From Candidatus Krumholzibacteriia bacterium (lineage in GTDB: Bacteria; Krumholzibacteriota; Krumholzibacteriia; Krumholzibacteriales; Krumholzibacteriaceae), in the NCBI GenBank assembly GCA_963836185.1, contig CAWIIQ010000003.1, positions 320,001 through 384,000 of the forward strand: 64,000 nt of DNA, given 5' to 3'. Shown piece by piece: positions 11,787 to 22,280 of the stretch. Made by a program: the position numbers and the translations under genes. Under the pieces are notes generated by a model. The model did no database searches, was not told the DNA's origin, and saw nothing but the letters and a program-made list of their open reading frames with translations. How positions within the stretch are numbered: position 1 is the stretch's first letter; each line of letters starts with the position of its first letter.

Positions 11787-12242
11787 ATGAAGATAGTGTG
11801 CACAAACAGGAAGGCAAGGCGGGATTACGAGATCCTCGAGACGATGGAGGCCGGAATGGTCCTCACCGGAACCGAGGTGAAGAGCCTGCGCAAGGGCGGG
11901 GCCCATCTGAAGGACTCTTACGCCGCCGTAGAGCGGGAGGAGCTTTTCCTGCACAATGCGCATATCGCTCCGTACGAGATGGGGAACAGGTTCAACCATG
12001 AGCCGCTCAGGACGAGGAAACTCCTGATGCATGCGAGGGAGATCAGGCGGCTCCTCGGGAAGATCCAGGAGAAAGGGCTGACCCTTGTCCCCCTGAAGAT
12101 GTATTTCAACGACGCCGGCAAGGTCAAGATAGAGCTGGGGCTGGCGAAAGGACGCCGCGCGTATGACAAGAGGCGCGATATCGCCGACCGCGACGCGAAG
12201 AGGGATATGCAGAGGGCGCTTAAGGACGAGGAGCGCAAGTAA
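11787..12242 (+). CDS. smpB: SsrA-binding protein SmpB
   Basis: NRKARRDY, EAGMVLTGTEVKSLR, HEPLRTRKLL and LAKGRRAYDKR motifs. Confidence 0.97.
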   Translation: MKIVCTNRKARRDYEILETMEAGMVLTGTEVKSLRKGGAHLKDSYAAVEREELFLHNAHIAPYEMGNRFNHEPLRTRKLLMHAREIRRLLGKIQEKGLTLVPLKMYFNDAGKVKIELGLAKGRRAYDKRRDIADRDAKRDMQRALKDEERK

Positions 12243-12246
12243 GGAT

Positions 12247-13822
12247 ATGAAGCGACATACAGCAGCAGTAACGGCATTGATGATGATCGCGGTGCTCCTG
12301 TCGGCAGCCGCGAGCGCGAATGATCCGGAGAAAGTCGATCCGGAACGTACACTCGGCGTAGTCTACGGCGACGATCGCGCCACCGAAGACGTTCCCCTCT
12401 ACCGTCTAGCGAAGCCGAGCGAGGAGCTGTTTATCTCGGCGTACGATCTCGCGAGGATATTCAGGGCGACCCGCTACTGGAACGCCGGCGCGAGAAAGCT
12501 CGTCCTGCGCATCGAGAGCCATTCGTTCATGCTGACGATCGATACCCGGGTCGTAGTCGTCGATGACGAGCCTGTCCTGATGAGGATACCCGTCTCGTAC
12601 GCGAACGGCTCGGTGATGATACCGCTCGAGTTCGTCTCGAGCATCCTTGCCCCGATGACGCTCGAGGAGATCGAGCTCGACGAGGAGAGGCATCGTGATG
12701 ACTATCGGCTCGCCTCGCTACAATATCACTTCAGTCGATTTCGAGGAGGGCGATGAGGGCACCAGGGCCGTTCTCGCCCTGACCGAGGAGCTTCTCTACC
12801 ATGTCGACAGCGAGACTCCGGGCCTGCTGAGGCTGAAGGTCTACGGAGGCAGGCTCAATACGCTGAAGATCAACGCGACCGGGGGACGCGGGCTCTTCAA
12901 CCGCGTCAGGGCGGAGCAGACCGAGCACGACTCGTATCTCTTCTTCGATGTCGAGAAGACGGCTGAATCTTTCCGCGTCGAGTTCACAGGCCCGGCGGAT
13001 GGGGACACGAGGAAGCTCGTGATCCACCTCGAGAAGGGCGAGCTGCCCGAGATCCCCGACGTAGATTTCGCCGGCCGGAGGATGACGGAGATACTCGATG
13101 ACTCCCGCAAGACAGGGAGGCGCGAGGTTGTAAAGGTCGCGATAGACGCGGGTCACGGCGGAATAGACAAGGGCAAGGTCGGCCCTACCGGGCTGATGGA
13201 AAAAGAAGTGAATCTCGATATAGCGATGAGGCTGCGCGACCTTCTCGTCAGCGATTACAACATGGAAGTAGTCATGACGAGGACCGATGATGTCCTCGTG
13301 CCCCTGATGAGAAGGGCCGAGATAGCCAACTCGGAAGGGGCCGATATATTCGTCAGCCTCCACTGCAACGGCTGGTTCCATCCCGACGCCGGCGGATACG
13401 AGACCTTCTTCCTCTCACAGGCGAAGACCGAGGAAGCGACGAGGCTCGCGATGGAAGAGAACGCCTCGATGCAGTTCGAGGGATCGGGCGTGAGCGCCGA
13501 GGAGCTCGACGACCTCGGGTTCATGCTGTGGGACATGGTCCAGAACGAATTCGTGACAGAGAGCAGCGAACTTGCCGAGCTGATCCAGAGAGAGCTCGGC
13601 GACGTCGTCGATATACGTAACAGGGGCGTCAAGCAGGCCGGCCTGATCGTCCTCAAGGGATGCAGGATGCCGGCCGTGCTCGTCGAGTCGGCCTTTCTCT
13701 CCAATCCCCAGGAGGAGAGGCTGCTGGCCGACAGGCGGTTCCGCGAGGAAGTAGCCCGCGGGATAGCCGAGGCGATACAGAGATACCGCGCCAGGTACAC
13801 CGGGCCGGGCGCTGAGGAGTGA
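12247..13822 (+). CDS. N-acetylmuramoyl-L-alanine amidase (Amidase_3) with N-terminal copper-amine-oxidase-N/AMIN-like region, frameshift near 12690
   Basis: Signal peptide; IDAGHGG, EKEVNL, FVSLHCN and MPAVLVESAFLSN zinc-amidase motifs. Confidence 0.9.
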
Positions 13823-14373
13823 GGGAAACGGACCTCGGCAGAAAGATACTGGTCGTCATCATCCTGCTCGCCGTAGTGATCGTCGCGGTCTACGCGGTGA
13901 GGCACTGGACGGCTGGCGAGAAAGAGGAGCTCCCAGGGATCCAGGAGGTCGCCGAGGAGACCAGAAGCGTGACCCTCTATTTCGCGGGGCGTGACGCCGA
14001 CGGGCTCGTCTCGGAGACGCGGGAGATCCCGGTCAGGGAAGGGATCGAGAACGAGGCTAAGGCCGTCATGGCCGCCCTTCTCGCCGGGCCCGAAGACGGC
14101 GATGCCGTCTCCGCGATACCTGCCGGAACGAGGATACTCCAGGTCTTCTGGGTCGAGGATACTGAGACACTATACCTCGACTTCAACAGGGGGATCACTA
14201 CAGGTGAAGGCAGCACCGGCGAATACTACACTATCAGCACGATCATCAGGACGATAGGCGCGAACTTCCCGCAGGCGGGCAGGCTGCAGCTGCTCGTCGA
14301 GGGATACCCTGTCGAGACACTCGCGGGGCACTACGGCGTCAGCAAGCCGCTCGACATCAGGAAATGGAGGTAG
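13819..14373 (+). CDS. GerMN domain protein
   Basis: N-terminal TM; VTLYF, LV.E.R, LLAGP, IPAGTRIL, YLDFN and LLVEG...ETLAGH match GerMN. Confidence 0.85.
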   Translation: MRETDLGRKILVVIILLAVVIVAVYAVRHWTAGEKEELPGIQEVAEETRSVTLYFAGRDADGLVSETREIPVREGIENEAKAVMAALLAGPEDGDAVSAIPAGTRILQVFWVEDTETLYLDFNRGITTGEGSTGEYYTISTIIRTIGANFPQAGRLQLLVEGYPVETLAGHYGVSKPLDIRKWR

Positions 14374-14383
14374 TCCTCGACAT

Positions 14384-15259
14384 ATGGACGGCAGCAGCGA
14401 CAGACCGATAGGTGTATTCGACTCGGGAGTCGGCGGCCTGACCGTCGTCAGGGAACTGATCAACCTTCTTCCCGGCGAGGATATCATCTATTTCGGCGAT
14501 ACGGCGAGAGTGCCCTACGGCACGAAGAGCGCCGAGACTGTGGTCAGGTTCGCCCGCGAGGATCTCAGCTTCCTCAGGAGCAGGGATGTCAAGCTCATCG
14601 TAGTGGCGTGCAACACCGCTTCATCCATCGCACTTCCGCAACTGGCCGACGAGTCTGAGATACCGGTGATCGGCGTCCTCCTTCCCGGCGCGAGGGGAGC
14701 CGCCGCGGCTACGCGCAATAACCGCATCGCGGTCATCGGCACGACAGCCACTATAAACTCGGGGGCATACGAAAAAGCCCTTCGCGATATATTCGATGGA
14801 CTCGAGATCATGTCGCACTCCTGCCCCCTTTTCGTCTCGCTCGCCGAGGAAGGCTGGGTCGACGATGATGTGGCATTCATGATCGCGAAGCGATATCTCG
14901 AGCCTCTCACGGGATTCGGCGCGGATACGCTGGTCCTGGGATGCACGCATTACCCGCTGCTCAAGGGCGTCATATCGAGAGTGATGGGCGACGGCGTCGT
15001 CCTTGTCGATTCGGCGACGGAGACGGCGGCCGAGGTCAGGGAGAAGCTCGCGTCATCGGGCCTCCTTTCAGGGAACGACTCGGGGGGGCACATCTACGTC
15101 TACCTGAGCGACATACCGTACAGGTTCAGGGAAGTCGGCGAGAGGTTCCTCGGCCGGCCGATCAGGAGCGTCGAACAGGTGAAAGGGCCCGGGGGCCAGG
15201 AAAGAGAGGGCGGATGCCGAGACACGACGGCAGGAAAAGCGGCGAGCTCAGACAGATAA
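14384..15259 (+). CDS. murI: Glutamate racemase
   Basis: IGVFDSGVGGLTV, DTARVPYG, VACNTAS and LGCTHYP. Confidence 0.97.
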   Translation: MDGSSDRPIGVFDSGVGGLTVVRELINLLPGEDIIYFGDTARVPYGTKSAETVVRFAREDLSFLRSRDVKLIVVACNTASSIALPQLADESEIPVIGVLLPGARGAAAATRNNRIAVIGTTATINSGAYEKALRDIFDGLEIMSHSCPLFVSLAEEGWVDDDVAFMIAKRYLEPLTGFGADTLVLGCTHYPLLKGVISRVMGDGVVLVDSATETAAEVREKLASSGLLSGNDSGGHIYVYLSDIPYRFREVGERFLGRPIRSVEQVKGPGGQEREGGCRDTTAGKAASSDR

Positions 15260-15924
15260 AACTGAAGAGGAAGTTCATCAGCAGTGCGGAAGACTCGGTC
15301 CTCTTCGAGATGGGCCGAACGAGAGTGCTCTGCACCGCCACTGTCGAGGATAGCGTGCCTACTTTCCTCAGGGGCGCCGGGAAAGGCTGGATCACGGCCG
15401 AGTACAGCATGCTCCCTCGCTCGAGTCCGCACCGGATACAGCGCGAGTCGATGAAGGGAAAGGTGAAGGGGAGGACCCAGGAGATACAGAGGCTGATCGG
15501 ACGCTCGATACGCGCCGGGGTCGACCTGGAGAAGATCGGCGAGAGGACGATAATCGTCGACTGTGATGTCATCGAGGCAGATGGCGGCACGCGCACCGCC
15601 TCTGTCAACGGCGGGTTTCTGGCGGTCGCCTCCGCCCTGCGCCGCCTCGGTATCGCGGCCGGCTCTATAGACAGTTTCGTCGCCGCGGTGAGCGTCGGAA
15701 TCGTCGGCGGAAAGGTCGCCCTCGATCTTGACTACGTAGAGGATTCGTCGGCCGAGGTCGACATGAACATAGTGATGAACGAGCGCGGAGAGCTGATCGA
15801 GATCCAGGGCACGGCCGAGGACGGCACCTTCACCGAGGAGGATCTCGGCAGGATGCTCAAGGCTGCCCGCAAGGGGATCGGCGCGATAGTGAAAGAACAG
15901 AAGAAGGGACTCCGCTGGAAGTGA
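15214..15924 (+). CDS. rph: Ribonuclease PH
   Basis: GWITAEYSMLP, GRTQEIQRLIGRS, DCDVIEADGGTRTAS, DLDYVEDS and EIQGTAE. Confidence 0.97.
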   Translation: MPRHDGRKSGELRQIKLKRKFISSAEDSVLFEMGRTRVLCTATVEDSVPTFLRGAGKGWITAEYSMLPRSSPHRIQRESMKGKVKGRTQEIQRLIGRSIRAGVDLEKIGERTIIVDCDVIEADGGTRTASVNGGFLAVASALRRLGIAAGSIDSFVAAVSVGIVGGKVALDLDYVEDSSAEVDMNIVMNERGELIEIQGTAEDGTFTEEDLGRMLKAARKGIGAIVKEQKKGLRWK

Positions 15925-16532
15925 AGATAGTCGTCGCCTCGCATAACGCCGGAAAGATCGCCGAGATCTCCGGAATACTGTCCGGCTCTGGTATCGAGCT
16001 CGCGGGACTGGACGATTATCCCTCTTATCCCGAACCGGAGGAGACAGGCTCGACCTTCCTCGAGAACGCGATGATAAAGGCCCGTGCGGCCCATGAAGCG
16101 ACCGGCCTTCCTGCCCTGGCGGACGATTCTGGGATCGAGGTCGATGCCCTCGGTGGCGCGCCCGGGATCCGTTCGGCGAGGTATGGCGGCGAGGGGCTCG
16201 ACGACCGCGGGAGATACACAAAGCTTCTTTCGGAACTTGCGGGAAAACCCGACGAAGAGAGGACAGCAAGGTTCAGGTGCGTCATGGTCCTCTATCCCGC
16301 CCCCGAAACAGAGGGCGAGGCGCTCGTCACCGAAGGCATCCTCGAGGGCCACATAGCATTCGAGCCGGCCGGTGAAAACGGTTTCGGCTACGACCCGGTA
16401 TTCTTCGTCCCCGGGGCGGGAAAGACCGCCGCCGAGATGGACAGGGAAGAGAAGAACTCGATCAGTCACAGGTACCGGGCGCTCGTCGAGATGAAGGCGA
16501 TACTCGAGCGGGGCGGGGAGACCCTCGAGTAA
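15921..16532 (+). CDS. rdgB: dITP/XTP pyrophosphatase (HAM1 family)
   Basis: ASHNAGK, ALADDSG, APGIRSARY, GFGYDPVF and KNSISHR. Confidence 0.96.
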   Translation: MKIVVASHNAGKIAEISGILSGSGIELAGLDDYPSYPEPEETGSTFLENAMIKARAAHEATGLPALADDSGIEVDALGGAPGIRSARYGGEGLDDRGRYTKLLSELAGKPDEERTARFRCVMVLYPAPETEGEALVTEGILEGHIAFEPAGENGFGYDPVFFVPGAGKTAAEMDREEKNSISHRYRALVEMKAILERGGETLE

Positions 16533-16625
16533 ACGGCGCCGCTGAATATCGATCGCCCCCGCCGTGTATAACAAACGACTGTACGCAGCAGCGGCCACGT
16601 ATACATATTTCAAGGAGGAAGCGTT

Positions 16626-17560
16626 TTGCTTTCGATCGAGAATGTCACGAAGAGGTATGAGGGCCATACCGCCGTCGACGATCTCTCCCTCATAATCGAG
16701 CCGGGTGTCATCTACGGCCTGCTCGGGCCGAACGGCGCGGGCAAGACGACGACGATCACGGATGACGATGGGCATCATCCAGCCCGATGAGGGAAAGATA
16801 GAGATCCTCGGTGAGCCTTTCAGCGAGTCTCTCAAGGAAAAGATCGGATACCTGCCGGAGGAGAGGGGCCTCTATCGCAAGATGAAGGTCCTCGAGCATC
16901 TCGTCTTCCTCGCCGAGATCAAGGGACTGCCGGCAAAGACTGCGGCTGAACGTGCGAGGAGCTGGCTTGAACGGGTAGACCTGGGCGGCTGGGAGGACAA
17001 GCCGGTCGAGGCCCTCTCGAAGGGGATGCAGCAGAAGATACAGTTCATCTCCACGATCATCCATGAACCGCAGATCGTCATCCTCGACGAGCCGTTCACG
17101 GGGCTCGACCCGATCAACACGCAGATGCTCAAGGACGTCATCGTAGAGATGAAAAACGAGGGGCGCACCGTGATCCTCTCGACCCACCTGATGGAACAGG
17201 TCGAGAAGCTCTGCGAGAAGATATGCCTTATCAACAAGGGCAGGAAGGTCCTCGAGGGCGGCATACAGGAGATCAAGATGAGGTTCAGCAAGAACGTCGT
17301 CGCGATGAGATTCACCGGCGACGTCTCGCGAGCTGGAAGCGCACCCCGACGTCGAGAGAATAACGGAGTTCGGGCAGGGGCTGTCCGTGACCCTCTCCGA
17401 GGGCGCCGATCCGGCCGTCATGCTCCGGCATGCTCTCGATCGCGGCAGGGTCGACAGGTTCGAGGTCGGGGAGATGTCGCTTCACGATATTTTCATTGCC
17501 CAGGTCAGGGCGAAAGGGGGTGACCTCGATGAAGAAGATGCTGCTGGTAGTCAGGCGTGA
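16626..17560 (+). CDS. ABC-2 type transporter ATP-binding protein (NatA-like), 2 frameshifts
   Basis: GGAGG RBS then TTG; Walker A GPNGAGKTT, GYLPEERGLY, LSKGMQQK, ILDEPFTGLDP; C-terminal SLHDIFI in the shifted frame. Confidence 0.9.
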
Positions 17561-18798
17561 GTATCTCGATCGCGTTAAAAAGAAATCCTTCCTCATCGGG
17601 ACGATCCTCGGCCCGGTCCTGATGGGCCTGCTGATATTCGCGCCGGCCCTGATCTTCAAGCTGTCGCCCGATACCCAGACGACTGTCACTGTCGATCGAC
17701 CTGACAGGAGAGGTCTACGAGCAGATGGAGTCCTCGCTGGTCGACACCCTCGACAACGGGACCCTGAAGTTCAGCATCAGGGAATATCCGGCTGATGAGA
17801 TCGGTCTCGACGAGGCCAAAAGGATCCTGAACCTCGAGATCGAAGAAGACGCTATCGACGGATACCTCGTCATCCCCCCCGATATCATCGATTCGGGGAA
17901 GGCGACCTTCTACGGCAAGCGCGTAGGGGACATCAAGAGCCTCGAGAGCCTCGAGAGCGCGCTGAGCAATGTCATCATCGGGATGAGGCTGTCCTCGAGG
18001 GGGCTCGATTACACCGAGGTCAAGGGGCTCGTCAAGCGTATCGACCTCGAGACGATGCAGGTCACCGACAAGGGAGCCGAGAAGCGCGGTGGATTCGACT
18101 TCGTGTTCATGTCGAGCTTTCTCTTCATAATGATGCTCTACATGACGATCCTCATGTGGGGCGTCGCGGTACAGCGCTCGATCATCGAGGAGAAGAACAA
18201 CCGTGTCATAGAGGTACTTCTGTCCTCGCTCAGGCCCGAGGACCTGCTGTTCGGGAAGATATTCGGAGTAGGCGCCGTCGGGTTGACCCAGTACGCCATA
18301 TGGGGCATTTTCGGCACAATCATGACTGCCTACGGCCTGACGATGGGCGGTCCCGTCGCCGAGCTCGCCGGGAACCTCTCCTTCGCGACCCTCGGCTTCT
18401 TCATACTCTACTATGTGCTCGGATTCCTCTTCTACGCGACGATGTTCGCCGGGATAGGCTCGGTATGCAACACCGACCAGGAGGCGCAGCAGATGCAGAC
18501 GCCTGTCGTGCTCTGTCTCGTCTTCACGATCCTGCTTCCGATGATGGTCATCCAGAGGCCGGACAGTCCCTTCGCGACGGTGATCAGCCTGATCCCCCTC
18601 TTTACCCCGATAGTCATGTTCATGAGGATCAATGTGCTGATGCCGCCGGTCTGGCAGATAGCCCTGAGCCTGGTCCTGATGGTTCTCGCGATAAGGTTCT
18701 CAGGGATGCTGGCGGCGAGGATATTCCGCACCGGCATCCTGATGTACGGCAAGAAGCCGGACGCGCGCGAGATCCTCAAGTGGCTGAAGAGAGCGTAA
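17529..18798 (+). CDS. ABC-2 type transporter permease (NatB-like), frameshift near 17695
   Basis: REYLDRVKKKSF, IEEKNNRVIEVLLSS, GKIFG and RTGILMYGK; multiple TM helices. Confidence 0.9.
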
Positions 18799-18818
18799 GC
18801 AGACATCCGCATATAAAA

Positions 18819-18844
18819 AGATCCCCGCCGGAAGGCGGGGATCT
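18819..18844. terminator. Intrinsic terminator between convergent genes
   Basis: AGATCCCCGCC-GGAA-GGCGGGGATCT perfect stem, preceded by an A-run (U-tail on the minus strand). Confidence 0.75.
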
Positions 18845-18871
18845 CATATCACGTCATTATCTGAATGATCT

Positions 18872-19480
18872 TTAGAACTTGATGATGCTGTAATCTACCC
18901 GCAGCTGAACATAGTCGAAGATGCCGGCGTCGCCTTCTGTCGTGAAAGCGTGGTACTCGAGCTCGAAGGTCACTCCCGTTGTGAGGAGGAACCAGTAATC
19001 GAACCCGATGCCAATCGAGCCTCCGGGACGAGTGCCGTTGCCGCAGACCCCGCCGACACAGCCGCCGCCGAGACGGGCGATCGTGTTGTAGACTCCGACG
19101 CCCACCTGGGCATGGACCTGGAACATCGTGCTGAACGAATGGTAGTATCTCGCCTTTAATGTGATCGGGATCACGCTCAGTCTCTCGGTGTAGTCTCCGC
19201 CGCCTTCGTCAGCAGATGATGAGACCGTGTACTTGTAGTAGTGAACGATGTCCATCCCGAAATAGGCTCCGAGACAGAGATTGTTCGTGAGCATCTTGCC
19301 GGCGTAGAAGTCGAGCCCGAAAAAGCCGTTCTCGGCACCATCGGGCAGCGCCTTGCTGTAAGAACCGCCGATGTATATGACGGCCTTGCCGCTGTTCGCC
19401 TGACCGAAGACCGGCACGGCGAAGAGCAATACGGCCAGAGACAGTAACAGCGCGCGAGAGCCCAATTTTCTCGATTTCAA
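18872..19480 (-). CDS. Small outer-membrane beta-barrel protein
   Basis: Signal peptide, alternating aromatic/Gly beta-strands (IPITLKARYY, GGSIGIGFDYW), C-terminal Phe. Confidence 0.7.
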   Translation of the reverse strand: MKSRKLGSRALLLSLAVLLFAVPVFGQANSGKAVIYIGGSYSKALPDGAENGFFGLDFYAGKMLTNNLCLGAYFGMDIVHYYKYTVSSSADEGGGDYTERLSVIPITLKARYYHSFSTMFQVHAQVGVGVYNTIARLGGGCVGGVCGNGTRPGGSIGIGFDYWFLLTTGVTFELEYHAFTTEGDAGIFDYVQLRVDYSIIKF

Positions 19481-19676
19481 CGCAATCCTCCGATTTGAGC
19501 AGTAAATACTTACAGTATAAGATTTTTATAATAAAACAACGCCTTACAGTCAAGGGGTTTTACCTTGCCGGCCGGTGGCCGGGCGGGGCGCATTTCCTTT
19601 GATATCAAGGTTCTTTTGGGGTACAGTCGGAGACCGGCAGCCCCGACGGTACGGCAGGGGCAGAGGAGGAACTCGC

Positions 19677-20916
19677 TTGAAGGTCCTGATGGTCCAGACA
19701 TTCCATTTCCGCCGCGGCGGGGATTCGACCTGCATGCTCAATCTCAGCACGCTTCTCGAGGAAAAAGGCCACGAGGTGGTCCATTTCGCGATGGAGCATC
19801 CCCGGAACCTTCCCTCCGCCCATGCGGAGTACTTTTCGAGCGAGATCGACTTTCCCGGCCTTCTCGAGGACGGCTCGCCGTCATCGGCATGGAAGGTCCT
19901 CTCGAAATCGATATATAACGGCGAGGCGAGAGAGAAGATAGCCAGGCTCGCCGACGACACGAAACCTGATATAGCCCATTTCCACAACATACACGGCCAC
20001 CTGACGACCTCGATCATCGAGCCGCTGCGCAGGCGCGGGATCCCGATCGTCTGGACATGCCACGACTACCGGCTCGTCTGCCCCAACACCTCGTTTCTCA
20101 GCCACGGCGAGATCTGCGAGAGGTGCCTGCCGGCTAGGTACTGGAACGCTCCCCTGCAGAGATGCAAGAAGGGGAGCGGCCCGGCGAGCCTCGTCGCGAT
20201 GCTCTCATCGTGCTGGGACCGGATGACCGGCGTGCCGCGCAGGATAGACAGGTTCATAACGCCGAGCAATTTCCTCAGGGGAAAACTGATAGAAGGACGG
20301 ATAAGCCGCGGCAGGATCACGGTGATCCCCAACTTCACCAGCCTCGATGTCCGGGCCGACGCTCCCGAGGGTGATTACTTCATATACACCGGCCGCCTGC
20401 TTGCGGAGAAGGGGATCGACCTGCTCATCAGGGCCGCCGGAGCCGTCGAGGGGGCGAGGCTCCTTATAGTCGGCGAGGGGCCGATGGAGGCGGAGCTGAA
20501 AAGCGAGGCGGAGAAGTTCGGGAGCGGCCGGGTCGAGTTCACCGGTTATCTCTCAGGCGAGGATTTCGAGAGGACCGTCGCCGGGGCCCGCTTCGTCGTA
20601 CTGCCGTCACGCTGGTACGAGAACCTTCCGTTTTCGATCATGGAGGCGATGGCGGCCGGCAAGCCCGTTGTGGCCACAGATATCGGCGGCATCCCCGAGA
20701 TGGTCGACGACGGCGAGACCGGCCTGCTCTTCCCCATCGGGGACGAGGAGGCTCTGCGCTCATGCCTCGAGCGGATGAACTCCGACGCGGGGCTGAGGCG
20801 GGAGATGGGGCGCAAGGGAAGAGCGAAGGCCGAACGAGCTCTACGGCAGAGAGAAACATTATTCGGATATTATGGAGGTATATGATGCCGTCCAGGCGGC
20901 CCGGAGCGGAAAATAG
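19677..20916 (+). CDS. GT4 family glycosyltransferase (frameshift near C-terminus)
   Basis: GAGGAGG RBS then TTG; HFHNI, HDYRLVCP, GRLLAEKG and PSRWYENLPFSIMEAMAAGKPVVATDIGGIPE (E-x7-E motif); shifted frame ends at TAG 20916. Confidence 0.9.
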
Positions 20917-20962
20917 CTGTCGGGGATTACCCGCAGGTATTATATAGATATCCTACCAGGGT

Positions 20963-21040
20963 CGGGGTGTAGCGCAGCCCGGTTAGCGCGCCTGCTTTGG
21001 GAGCAGGAAGTCGCTGGTTCGAATCCAGTCACCCCGACCA
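20963..21040 (+). tRNA. tRNA-Pro (anticodon TGG), CCA encoded
   Basis: CGGGGTG TAGCGCAGCCCGGTTAGCGCG CCTGC-TT-TGG-GA-GCAGG AAGTC GCTGG-TTCGAAT-CCAGT CACCCCG ACCA. Confidence 0.97.
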
Positions 21041-21118
21041 TGTATATTTCGCAGCCGTCTCCGGAATAACGATAATTATAAGCCATGGCGCTACCGCCGC
21101 GCATATATCGGAATTGGC

Positions 21119-21147
21119 TTGACATGTTCCGCGGGCGCGGGTAAACT
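21119..21147 (+). promoter_or_regulatory. Sigma70-type promoter of the propeller lipoprotein gene
   Basis: TTGACA (21119-24), 17 bp, TAAACT (21142-47). Confidence 0.6.
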
Positions 21148-21272
21148 TCCTCTAATCACCTAAGAGGCATACTAATTAAATCACGGGGCGAATCCGGCAA
21201 GCCCCCGGTATCTGCATATCGGGTGGATTTCGCTCGTTCGGAGCGGTCGTTCTCACTGAAAGGAGTAGCAGG

Positions 21273-22208
21273 ATGCGTATATCGTCGAATGGACCTTTCC
21301 TTCTGGTCATGCTTGCTGTTCTGGCGGCTGTGGCCCTGTCTTCATGCAGCGATGAAGACTCGCCTGTCGAGCCGAAAGCGACTTACAGCTGGAAACAGGA
21401 AGTCACGGGTGTGTCTGAGGTTCTGTACGGTATCGGAGGGACAGCTGAAGACAACGTCTACGTTGGAGGGACCGCCGGGCGCCTCCTTCACTGGAACGGA
21501 TCTTCCTTCAGCAGGCTGCAGAGAATGTGCACTTCACGCATCAACGCAATTAAAGCCATGTCTGAGACCAGCATCTGGATGTGCGGGGCAAACGATTCAA
21601 TCTTCCATTACGATGGGAGCTCATGGACCGGATATAAGGGCAATACCGGCGTGAACCTCTACTGTCTCTTTGTCGCGGCGGAGAATGACATCTGGGTCGC
21701 CGGAGACGGGGGGTGGACATCACACTTCGACGGCTCAACATGGAGTGCGGAGCAGATCGGCACCTATATCTGGCGGGGGCTCTGGGGCACTGGCGCTTCA
21801 AGTATCTACATCGCCGGCTTTGAGGAGGTCGTCTTCTGGTATGACGGGAATGACTGGTCCCAGATCACATCATCGGGATACAACAATAACTGCCAGGCTG
21901 CCTGGGGAACGGCTGACGACAATGTCTACTTTGCAGCATGGTCCAAGATCTTTCATTACGACGGTGGCCTCCAGATGACTCTCGCGGTAGATCTTTCCCC
22001 TACTCGTTATTTCGGAATATGGGGAAGCTCCAAAGATGATATATTCGCGGTCGGTAATGACGGTGAGATCGTGCATTGGAACGGTACCGCATGGAGCTAT
22101 ATGACCAGCGGCACGACCACTGATTTCAGGAACGTATGGGGGACCGGACCCAGGGATGTCTTTGCGATCGGCGGCAGCGGGCTGATCCTGCATTACTGCG
22201 AGGACTGA
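21273..22208 (+). CDS. Lipoprotein with ~7 Trp/Gly-rich beta-propeller repeats
   Basis: Lipobox LSSC; ~40-aa repeats of the form (I/V)WG...(D/N)(I/V)(W/F)A.G..G.I.H(Y/W)(D/N)G..W. Confidence 0.85.
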   Translation: MRISSNGPFLLVMLAVLAAVALSSCSDEDSPVEPKATYSWKQEVTGVSEVLYGIGGTAEDNVYVGGTAGRLLHWNGSSFSRLQRMCTSRINAIKAMSETSIWMCGANDSIFHYDGSSWTGYKGNTGVNLYCLFVAAENDIWVAGDGGWTSHFDGSTWSAEQIGTYIWRGLWGTGASSIYIAGFEEVVFWYDGNDWSQITSSGYNNNCQAAWGTADDNVYFAAWSKIFHYDGGLQMTLAVDLSPTRYFGIWGSSKDDIFAVGNDGEIVHWNGTAWSYMTSGTTTDFRNVWGTGPRDVFAIGGSGLILHYCED

Positions 22209-22235
22209 TCTCCTGTCCGTCGACTTGACGCGGAA

Positions 22236-22268
22236 ACGCCGGGCACGGCCATCGGCTGTACCCGGCGT
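22236..22268. terminator. Hairpin between convergent genes (probable terminator)
   Basis: ACGCCGGGCACGGCC-ATC-GGCTGTACCCGGCGT. Confidence 0.55.
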
Positions 22269-22280
22269 CTCTGCAGGATC

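Noticed and set aside
11640-12250. tmRNA (ssrA) next to smpB
   Set aside because: No GGGG...TTCGA..CCACCA tRNA-like ends or tag reading frame are visible, and the flanks are too short or coding.
15214-15259. 46-bp murI/rph overlap as a functional overlapping-gene feature
   Set aside because: The MurI tail in the overlap is low-complexity and beyond the conserved domain; more likely stop-codon drift or another indel error.
21181-21245. c-di-GMP-I riboswitch call
   Set aside because: Only loose word similarity (GGCGAA.., GCAAGCC.CCGG); the GAAA tetraloop hairpin and its receptor are missing. Kept only as an unassigned structured leader.
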